From assembly GCA_041917695.1 (NCBI GenBank), contig JAYRXE010000037.1, positions 66,155-130,154 on the forward strand: a DNA stretch of 64,000 nt, written 5' to 3'. The DNA comes from Minisyncoccota bacterium. Its GTDB lineage: Bacteria > Patescibacteriota > Minisyncoccia > UBA6257 > GWB1-50-10. The notes below the pieces were generated by a model, which was not told the DNA's origin, made no database searches, and was given only the letters and a program-made list of their open reading frames with translations. The position numbers were made by a program, and so were the translations under genes. Shown here piece after piece: positions 9,549 to 17,173 of the stretch. Each line of letters starts with the position of its first letter. Positions within the stretch are counted from its first letter, which is position 1.

Positions 9549-10562
9549 ATGAAAATACTCAACCCAAAGGAAATAAAAGAAATAATCCAAAGCGGACATT
9601 TGAACCTGTTTATCGGCTCTGGGTGTTCCTTAAATTACCTCTCAACTCTGAAAGACATAGAAGACTGGATGAATGACGAGGCGACTAAAGAACAGGCGCA
9701 AAAGGACTACTACGCACTCATCAAAAAATCTAAAGCAATTTTGAGTGGCTATTTGGAAACGGACGATACTCAAAAAAGCGAGTTGGCAAAAACGAAAAAT
9801 ATCTACGATAAGTTTTTGCGTTTTTGGGCGGAGGCCATATCAAAGCGCTCCCTGCACATCGTGAACAAGCAGGTAAATATCTTTACGACCAACTTTGACC
9901 AGTTTATTGAGGATGCTTGCGAATGTTTGAACATCCCGTACAACGATGGATTTACTGGACAGATAAAGCCGGTGTTTAGTGTTGCCAACTTCAACAAAAT
10001 ACAGAAATACAAAAGTTTGCAGTTTGATAACACCTCGGACATTCCGCTTTTCAATATCATCAAGTTGCACGGCTCGGTTTCTTGGGCTGTAGAGGACGAC
10101 AAAATCGTCTACTCTAACGGTTCGCACATAGCGGACGATTTGGACGGTAAAAATTGGGCGGACTTTAGCGCGGGATATGAAAAGATTGCCGTCATAAATC
10201 CTAATGCGGAAAAACACTTTGAGACCGTGTTAGACACCAACTATGCCTCAATGTTGAGGAAGTTCACTTTGGAGTTGGAGAAAGAAAACAGTGTCTTATT
10301 GGTTTTCGGTTTTTCTCTGGAAGATAAGCATATTCGCAACCTCCTCTACGGAGTAATGAAATCAAACCCCACGCTCATCGTTATCTATTTCTCCTACTCA
10401 AAATACGACGAGACGCAGGATAAATTGGAAGAAGGCAAAAACTCAAACTTGTATGTGGTCTCGCCCGAAGACAAATTCTCCTTTGAAAAGGGCACGGAGT
10501 ATCTCTACTCTGTCTTTGCAAACGGAAAGAAAGATGATACCGCGCATGAAAACGAGCAATGA
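9549..10562 (+). CDS. SIR2-family (SIR2_2-like) protein; predicted NADase effector of a SIR2-HerA defence pair
   Basis: NLFIGSGCSLNYL (GAGxS-like), IFTTNFDQFIED (TTNYD-like), IIKLHGSVSW and LLVFGFSLED match the prokaryotic defence SIR2 signature blocks. The gene overlaps the start of the HerA-like gene. Confidence 0.7.
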   Translation: MKILNPKEIKEIIQSGHLNLFIGSGCSLNYLSTLKDIEDWMNDEATKEQAQKDYYALIKKSKAILSGYLETDDTQKSELAKTKNIYDKFLRFWAEAISKRSLHIVNKQVNIFTTNFDQFIEDACECLNIPYNDGFTGQIKPVFSVANFNKIQKYKSLQFDNTSDIPLFNIIKLHGSVSWAVEDDKIVYSNGSHIADDLDGKNWADFSAGYEKIAVINPNAEKHFETVLDTNYASMLRKFTLELEKENSVLLVFGFSLEDKHIRNLLYGVMKSNPTLIVIYFSYSKYDETQDKLEEGKNSNLYVVSPEDKFSFEKGTEYLYSVFANGKKDDTAHENEQ

Positions 10563-12459
10563 TTTTCAGCTTCAAGAAAGTTTGGTGGAGAACTCGGTAT
10601 TCACTATCGGGAGCGTTTCTAGTGTCAAAGGAAAAGACATCGTTGTAAAGGTAAATAAAGACAAAAACCTCCCGCATCTCTTTTTCAAAGGCAGGACAAT
10701 CAAGAATGTGTCGGTTGGTTTGTCTAATTATGTAAAAATTCTCAAGGGATTTACGGAGATAATCTGCAAAGTTGAAGGAGAATACATTGACGAAGATAAG
10801 CGTCAAAAAGATAAAAAGTACGCGAGCGAAAATCAAAAAATAGAGCGTTATCTCAATGTCTCGGTTTTCGGTTTCTACGACCACGACCACAAATTCCAGC
10901 ACGGCATAAAAGAAATGCCCCTTATCGGGAGCGAGTGTCGGCTTCTCTCGCGTGAGGAGTTTGAGACCTTGCACCAGTTGTCGGACAAGGATGATATTTC
11001 AATACCGCTCGGCACTCTCATAGACGAGGAAACCCAGCAAATCAAAATCTCTGCTGGAAAATTGTTTGCCGGACACGTGGGTATTTTCGGCAATACCGGC
11101 TCGGGAAAATCAAACACGCTCGCCACGCTCTACACGGAGTTGTTCAAACTTGGAGACCAGCGGACAAACTTCAAAACAAAATCAAAGTTTATATTCATAG
11201 ATTTCAATGGCGAGTATTCAAAAGATGGCGATGATGGTATTCTCTCTAAAAACAAGAAGGTTTATAGATTGAGAACACGGGATAATAGCGGTTCAAAGTA
11301 TCCGATATTGAAAACGGAACTTGAAAAGTTGGAACTCCTGTCTATTTTGCTTGATGCTACCGAAAAGACGCAACAGCCGTTTTTGCATAGGGCTATAGAC
11401 CGAAATTGGTTTGATACAGATAATGAAAACTACCAGAAGGAAATACAGAACATCAATCAAAAACTGAAAGATATTTTGGTGATGAAAAACAAGGAGTTCA
11501 ATGTTCCTTTTCTAAAAAAGTATGTGAAGGATTTTGAACAGTTAGGATTCAAAATCGTTGCTGACGACAAGAATATTGACGACTTGAAGTACCACGGCAA
11601 TGACAACTGCACTTTTTACTATCACAACGGCACTACGAATGTTTATGCCGATTCCCACGAAAGCGATTTTATCGGCGAGAGCGGGTATTTCAATGTTTCT
11701 ATTGGCGAGGACGGATTAAATGACCTGGAAAAGGTTCAGTTCAAAATATTAGACCAATATTACTTTGAGATTTTGAACGGATACGCAAATCAGGAGCATA
11801 TTAGCCCCCTCATGGGGCGACTCAAAAAGCGGTTTGATATGCTTGCCAAAGTTTTTGAGATACGAGATACAAATGTGGCCGATACACAAGCCACACAGCA
11901 TATTGAAGTTATTGACTTGAAAAATGTAAATCTTGAAATCAAAAAGGTTATCCCGCTTTTGGTCTGTAAAACCGGCTATGACGAACAAAAGGAGAAACGA
12001 AATATGGACAAAAATAACTCGCTCCACATCATTATAGATGAGGCACACAATATCCTTTCGGAAAACTCAAACAGAGAATCTGAATCATGGAAAGATTATC
12101 GTTTGGAAACCTTTGAGGAAATAATCAAAGAAGGTAGAAAGTTTGGAGTTTTCCTGACCATCGCCAGCCAAAGACCGTCGGACATTTCCCCCACGATAAT
12201 CTCCCAGTTGCATAACTATTTCATCCACAAACTGATGAATGACAATGATCTCCGCTCCATAAGCAAGGCCGTGAGTTATCTTGATAAACTCTCGTTTGAT
12301 TCCATTTCAAACCTGTCCACGGGCTGTTGCTTTATTGCGGGGCAAATGACCCAGTTTCCGCTTTCAGTGAAGGTTACGCTTCTGGACGCAACTATCCGGC
12401 CTCAAAGTGAGACCATTAATTTGAATAAGTTGTGGGCGGAAGCTGGGGCTAGCAACTAG
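10534..12459 (+). CDS. HerA-like ATPase (DUF87/FtsK-HerA superfamily), partner of SIR2
   Basis: Walker A GIFGNTGSGKSNT, then IFIDFNGEY (DPHGEY-like), Walker B LHIIIDEAHNI, and TIASQRPSDI. Start set at the ATG at 10534 (alternative ATG at 10546); both overlap the SIR2 3' end. Confidence 0.75.
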   Translation: MIPRMKTSNDFQLQESLVENSVFTIGSVSSVKGKDIVVKVNKDKNLPHLFFKGRTIKNVSVGLSNYVKILKGFTEIICKVEGEYIDEDKRQKDKKYASENQKIERYLNVSVFGFYDHDHKFQHGIKEMPLIGSECRLLSREEFETLHQLSDKDDISIPLGTLIDEETQQIKISAGKLFAGHVGIFGNTGSGKSNTLATLYTELFKLGDQRTNFKTKSKFIFIDFNGEYSKDGDDGILSKNKKVYRLRTRDNSGSKYPILKTELEKLELLSILLDATEKTQQPFLHRAIDRNWFDTDNENYQKEIQNINQKLKDILVMKNKEFNVPFLKKYVKDFEQLGFKIVADDKNIDDLKYHGNDNCTFYYHNGTTNVYADSHESDFIGESGYFNVSIGEDGLNDLEKVQFKILDQYYFEILNGYANQEHISPLMGRLKKRFDMLAKVFEIRDTNVADTQATQHIEVIDLKNVNLEIKKVIPLLVCKTGYDEQKEKRNMDKNNSLHIIIDEAHNILSENSNRESESWKDYRLETFEEIIKEGRKFGVFLTIASQRPSDISPTIISQLHNYFIHKLMNDNDLRSISKAVSYLDKLSFDSISNLSTGCCFIAGQMTQFPLSVKVTLLDATIRPQSETINLNKLWAEAGASN

Positions 12460-12674
12460 GGAGTCGCCCGCGTTATCCGAACTTACACAACACATAGATA
12501 AATTCTGCGAATTTTACGAAAAGTCTAAATCGAATAATCTACCACATTCTTAGTGCTCTTTATTGGTTTAGGCTGCGGTATCTCAAACCATTCTGAAGGA
12601 GTTTTATATACAGCCTGTAATTATAAAGAAATAAATTAACTTGATTTTCAGATCGCTCGTGATCTAATCAGATC

Positions 12675-13121
12675 ATGAGCTTGAATAAGCAATCTGGCGA
12701 TTTGGGAGAAGGGGAAGTGGTACAAAAAGTACCCTGTCCCAACTGTGGCAAGAAGCTTATGACACTTCCGAAAAATTATCCCTTGTATGATGTGCAGTGC
12801 GTTGGTTGTTTATTCCGCGCGCAAGTAAAAACTAATAATTGTAAGCCAAAAGCTGAAATTTTCGGAGCAGGATGGGATATTATTTCAAAGGTTATGAAGT
12901 CTGGGTATATTACCCCTCCGTTAATCGCCAACTTTAAATGGAGAGATAAAGAAGGCATTCGCCAAGAAATTCGATTTTATCCCTTCATTCCCAAGATCAA
13001 TTTAAAAAAGAGGCAATTATCTGAAAAGGCGCGCCGGGCAAATTATAAAATGTTCAACTATACTGGAATTGATAAAATTCCATACTTTGTTTATTCAAAA
13101 AATAAATGGATTTCCCAATAA
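12675..13121 (+). CDS. zinc-ribbon protein (148 aa); possible minimal PD-(D/E)xK-like nuclease
   Basis: CPNCGKK...C.GC Cys4 ribbon. LYDVQCVGCLFRAQVK gives D-x11-Q-V-K, a weak PD-(D/E)xK-like spacing. AT-rich. Confidence 0.35.
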   Translation: MSLNKQSGDLGEGEVVQKVPCPNCGKKLMTLPKNYPLYDVQCVGCLFRAQVKTNNCKPKAEIFGAGWDIISKVMKSGYITPPLIANFKWRDKEGIRQEIRFYPFIPKINLKKRQLSEKARRANYKMFNYTGIDKIPYFVYSKNKWISQ

Positions 13122-13420
13122 GTGAATACAATTTTTTTCTTTTTACTATTCCCGGCGCTATTACCGTTTGGTCTTATCGTACTGCGACCAAATCAAACAA
13201 GTCGGGGGATTTTGAATATCTGGCCTTAAGTGTATTTTGGGGTATAGCAATTTTTGCTTTGAACATATTATTTATTCCTAAATCCACTGGGATTTTATTA
13301 CAAAATATGTATGCTGCCGCTTTGGTTCTTTCATTAGTTGCTGGGAGCCTCGCTTATATGATAGGAAAAATTATCATTGGATTACCTTTTAATAAGATTA
13401 GTAACGATGCAAAAGACTAG
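13106..13420 (+). CDS. small membrane protein (104 aa, 2-3 TM helices)
   Basis: Hydrophobic ORF overlapping the previous gene by 16 nt. AT-rich. Confidence 0.4.
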   Translation: MDFPISEYNFFLFTIPGAITVWSYRTATKSNKSGDFEYLALSVFWGIAIFALNILFIPKSTGILLQNMYAAALVLSLVAGSLAYMIGKIIIGLPFNKISNDAKD

Positions 13421-13874
13421 TGCGGGGATCATCCTTTTTAGAAAAAAAGAAAAAATAGAATTTTTGCTCGTCCATCCGGGCGGGCCTTTTTTCGCGAAAA
13501 AAGACGAGGGTGTCTGGAGTATCCCGAAGGGCGAAAATGACAATGGGGATGAGCTTCTTAGCGTTGCGAAGCGCGAATTCAAAGAAGAGACGGGATTCGA
13601 TGCGCCGGAGGGCGAATATATTCCGCTCGGAACCGTCACGCAGAAGAACGGGAAGGAAGTGCACGCCTGGGGCGTGGAAGGGGAGATCGACGCGGAGAAC
13701 ATCACGAGCAATACGATCATGATCGATTGGCCCCCGCGGTCGGGAAAACAGATGGAGATTCCCGAAGTAGATAAGGCCGGCTTTTTCGACCTAGAGGCCG
13801 CAAAAAACAAGGTAAATCCTGCCCAAATCCCGCTCTTGGAGAGACTCTTGACTTTTTTGGAGAATGAGGTATAA
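13407..13874 (+). CDS. NUDIX hydrolase
   Basis: Nudix box GENDNGDELLSVAKREFKEETGF (GX5EX7REUXEEXGU). Confidence 0.75.
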   Translation: MQKTSAGIILFRKKEKIEFLLVHPGGPFFAKKDEGVWSIPKGENDNGDELLSVAKREFKEETGFDAPEGEYIPLGTVTQKNGKEVHAWGVEGEIDAENITSNTIMIDWPPRSGKQMEIPEVDKAGFFDLEAAKNKVNPAQIPLLERLLTFLENEV

Positions 13875-14115
13875 TTAAGCTACAATCCGAATTCAAAAGG
13901 GTTGTCGGGAAATCCCGGGAGATAAGGCTATTTAGGTCAAAACCTGGTAGCCCATGAAGTTTCTTAATAAAAAAAGGAGGAAACACACTTGAAGGCAAGG
14001 TCGCGAATTTGCATATTCATCGACACTATGGGCTTGTAACCCAGACTCTCGAGCATCCAAAGTTTTGGATATATTGGGAGTTCGATAAAGCCTTCATTAT
14101 TAAATTTTAAATTTT

Positions 14116-14147
14116 AAGCCGCTCAATGGAGCGGCTTCTTTTTTTCC
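14116..14147 (+). terminator. rho-independent terminator (AAGCCGCTC-AATG-GAGCGGCTT then T8)
   Basis: Perfect stem plus T-run closing the ORF-free region 13880-14150. Confidence 0.5.
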
Positions 14148-14252
14148 GTCACGGGCTAACTCTGCCCGCGTCTATATAATGAAGGGGATGACGTTTGGCA
14201 AATTCGCCCGAGTCATACGCACGCGGGAGAATCCGTAATAGAATAAGGACAT

Positions 14253-14918
14253 ATGATGTTCGAGATGCAGAATCCCAAAGTCCGAATGCTCGCCCTCATC
14301 ACTGCGGGAGCTTTGGTTTTAATCGGTATCGGATTCCTTATCTTCGGGCGGGGGACGCCGAATAATGCGGGGACGCAGAATCCCGGCGACGGCAACCCGA
14401 ATGAGCCGGCGCCGATGGCGGGCTGGAAGGACTACCGCTCGAACGAGCGCGCTTTCTCGCTCGCGTATCCGGAAGATTGGAAGGTGGACGAAAAATACGC
14501 CTACCAGGCGCTCGGTCCGGGGAAGGACATCCCCGGCGTTTCCTTCACCATTCCCGAAGACATGACGGACGGAAAGAACCTTTCGAAAGATACGAAGGTG
14601 TCCGTCGAATTCCTGCCGAAAGATGCGGCGTGCGATGCGCAACGCTTTTTGGGGAACGGCATCGCCGAGGAGCACTTGGTCGTCTCGCAGGACGGCACGC
14701 AGTGGAGCACGGGGAAGACCGCCGGCGCGGGCGCAGGGAATTTCTATGAGGAAACCGTCTACGCCGCGGAAGGCGCGAATTATTGCTACGGCCTCCGGCT
14801 TTTCATCCATTCGACGAATATCGGAAACTACGAGCCCGGCACGGTCGAGGAGTTCGACAGGGGAGCGCTGGAAGACGTATTCGCCTTGATGCGCGAATCG
14901 TTTACAATGGTCAAATAA
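14253..14918 (+). CDS. membrane-anchored/secreted hypothetical protein
   Basis: N-terminal TM/signal anchor MLALITAGALVLIGIGFLIF, then a Gly/Asn/Pro-rich linker and a soluble domain. Confidence 0.5.
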   Translation: MMFEMQNPKVRMLALITAGALVLIGIGFLIFGRGTPNNAGTQNPGDGNPNEPAPMAGWKDYRSNERAFSLAYPEDWKVDEKYAYQALGPGKDIPGVSFTIPEDMTDGKNLSKDTKVSVEFLPKDAACDAQRFLGNGIAEEHLVVSQDGTQWSTGKTAGAGAGNFYEETVYAAEGANYCYGLRLFIHSTNIGNYEPGTVEEFDRGALEDVFALMRESFTMVK

Positions 14919-14920
14919 TC

Positions 14921-15727
14921 ATGGCGGAAAACATCATTGACGTAGACGCTTTGCAAGTCCGCTTCGGCGACTTCGAAGCCGTGAAGGGAATCAGCTTCCA
15001 TGTAAAGCGCGGGGAGATCTTCGGATTTCTCGGCCCGAACGGCGCGGGGAAGACGACCACCATCAAAGTGCTTACGACCTTGCTCCACAAGACTGCGGGA
15101 AAGGTTTCGCTCGGCGGGAAATCGCTTGAGGGCGATACGCACGAGGTGCGCGCGCTTTTCGGAATCGTTTTCCAGGACCAAAGCCTCGACGACGATCTGA
15201 CGGCGTTTGAAAATCTGGATTTTCACGGCGCGCTCTACCATGTGCCGAAGGAGAAGCGCCGCGAGAAGATCCGGGAGGTGCTTCAGCTCGTTGAGCTTGC
15301 CGACCGGCAGCATGACTTGGTGAGCACTTTTTCCGGAGGCATGAAACGCCGCCTTGAGATCGCGCGGGCGTTCGTGCACGTGCCGCAGATCATCTTCCTC
15401 GACGAGCCGACGCTCGGCCTCGATCCGCAGACGCGCAACCACATGTGGAATTACATCAAAAATCTCAACAAGGAGCGCGGCGTCACCGTCTTCTTTACGA
15501 CGCATTACATGGAAGAGGCCGCGCGCATGGCGGACCGCATCGCCATCATAGACCACGGCGCGATTGTGGCTGAGGGGACGCCCGATGCGTTGAAATCGCA
15601 GACGCAGACGGAGAGCCTCGAAGACGCGTTCCTTTCGCTTACCGGCTCGACCCTGCGGAGCGAGGAGGCGGGCTCTTTGGACGCCCTTCGACAAGGCGCG
15701 AAAATGTGGCGCGGGACCAAGCGATAA
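14921..15727 (+). CDS. ABC transporter ATP-binding protein
   Basis: Walker A GPNGAGKTT, ABC signature FSGGMKRRLEIA, Walker B IIFLDEPT. Confidence 0.85.
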   Translation: MAENIIDVDALQVRFGDFEAVKGISFHVKRGEIFGFLGPNGAGKTTTIKVLTTLLHKTAGKVSLGGKSLEGDTHEVRALFGIVFQDQSLDDDLTAFENLDFHGALYHVPKEKRREKIREVLQLVELADRQHDLVSTFSGGMKRRLEIARAFVHVPQIIFLDEPTLGLDPQTRNHMWNYIKNLNKERGVTVFFTTHYMEEAARMADRIAIIDHGAIVAEGTPDALKSQTQTESLEDAFLSLTGSTLRSEEAGSLDALRQGAKMWRGTKR

Positions 15728-15731
15728 TCCT

Positions 15732-16478
15732 ATGACGGCAATTTACATATTGTGGCTTCGCCAAATTAAGAAATACATGCGTTCAAAGACGCGCATCTTC
15801 GCGTCGCTCGGCCAGCCCGTCCTTTTCCTTTTGGCCTTCGGGTACGGTTTCGGACCCATCTTCTCGCGCGCGGGAGCGGGGAACTATATTGATTTCCTCG
15901 CGCCGGGCATCATCGGCATGGCCATCATCTTTTCCGCCATGTTCTCCGGCATCGAAGTGATTTGGGACCGCCAGTTCGGTTTTTTGAAGGAGACGATGGT
16001 GGCGCCCTCTTCGCGTTTTTCAATCGCCGTGGGCCGGACGCTTGGGGGAGCGACCATCTCCGTCTTCCAGGGCGTCATCGTCCTCATCATCAGCATGCTG
16101 GTCGGGTTTCATCCGGCATCGCTTGCCGCCCTGCCGCTCGTCCTTGTCGCTATGTTCCTGCTCGCCATTTTCTTTACCGCCTTCGGCACCGCTATCGCCG
16201 TACGCATGACCGACATGCAAAGTTTTCCCCTCATCATGAATTTCATCATGATGCCGCTCTTCTTTCTTTCCGGGGCGCTTTTCCCCATTGAAGGGCTCTC
16301 GAGCGTACTGAGCTTCGTCGTGAAGGCAAATCCGTTGAGTTACGGGCTCGACGCGCTCCGCGGCCTCCTCATCGGCCACTACCAGTTTTCACTCGGCCTC
16401 GACACGCTCGTCATGCTTATCGGTTCCGCTCTCTTCCTCTACATCGCCGGAAAGCTTTTCGAGCGCGTAACGGTATAA
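15732..16478 (+). CDS. ABC-2 type transporter permease
   Basis: Six hydrophobic helices, directly downstream of the ABC ATPase. Confidence 0.7.
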   Translation: MTAIYILWLRQIKKYMRSKTRIFASLGQPVLFLLAFGYGFGPIFSRAGAGNYIDFLAPGIIGMAIIFSAMFSGIEVIWDRQFGFLKETMVAPSSRFSIAVGRTLGGATISVFQGVIVLIISMLVGFHPASLAALPLVLVAMFLLAIFFTAFGTAIAVRMTDMQSFPLIMNFIMMPLFFLSGALFPIEGLSSVLSFVVKANPLSYGLDALRGLLIGHYQFSLGLDTLVMLIGSALFLYIAGKLFERVTV

Positions 16479-17155
16479 TGATGAGGAATATGCCTTCCGG
16501 TTTTTTGCGGCATCGGCGCGCGCAACTCATTCTCGCCGCCATTATCCTCCTCGCGCTCGTCGGCGTGGGATTTCTCCTGCAAGACGTTTTTAGCGAAATC
16601 GGCGAATCGCTGAACGCGTATTCTTCCGAGCACCCGATTCTCGGCCCCATTCTTTTTGCGCTCCTTGCCGCCGGAAGCGTGATGCTCGGCCCTTTTACCT
16701 CGGCCCCCTTGGTGCCGCTTGCCGTCTTTCTCTGGCGCCCGCTCGCGACCTTAGGTCTCTTGCTTGCCGGATGGATTGTCGGCAACGCGGTGGTGTATGC
16801 CGTGGGGCTGTACTTGGGGCATCCCGTCGTGCGGAAACTCGCGCCAGCGAAAAAACTCGATGAATGGATTCAGTTCGTTTCGACCGAGATCGATATCCGG
16901 CTTCTCTTTTTATTCCGGCTCGTTTCACCTTCCGAACTCGGCTACGTGTTCGGCATCTTGAAATACGATTTTTGGAAATACATGGGGCTCACGTTTTTAA
17001 GCGAACTTCCCGTTGCGCTCGCCCTGGTCTACGCCGGGGAAGCGTTCGTCACGAACAATTGGTTCCTATTGGGCGCTTTCGGCATCTTGTGGATCGTCAT
17101 CCTCCTCCTTTCGGTCCAGACCATCCACCGTTTCAGGCAGAAGAAATCGGCATAA
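16478..17155 (+). CDS. DedA/TVP38 (VTT-domain) family membrane protein
   Basis: Topology and G-rich re-entrant segments typical of SNARE-associated/DedA proteins. Recollection only. Confidence 0.45.
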   Translation: MMRNMPSGFLRHRRAQLILAAIILLALVGVGFLLQDVFSEIGESLNAYSSEHPILGPILFALLAAGSVMLGPFTSAPLVPLAVFLWRPLATLGLLLAGWIVGNAVVYAVGLYLGHPVVRKLAPAKKLDEWIQFVSTEIDIRLLFLFRLVSPSELGYVFGILKYDFWKYMGLTFLSELPVALALVYAGEAFVTNNWFLLGAFGILWIVILLLSVQTIHRFRQKKSA

Positions 17156-17173
17156 TCGGTTAGACTTATATAA

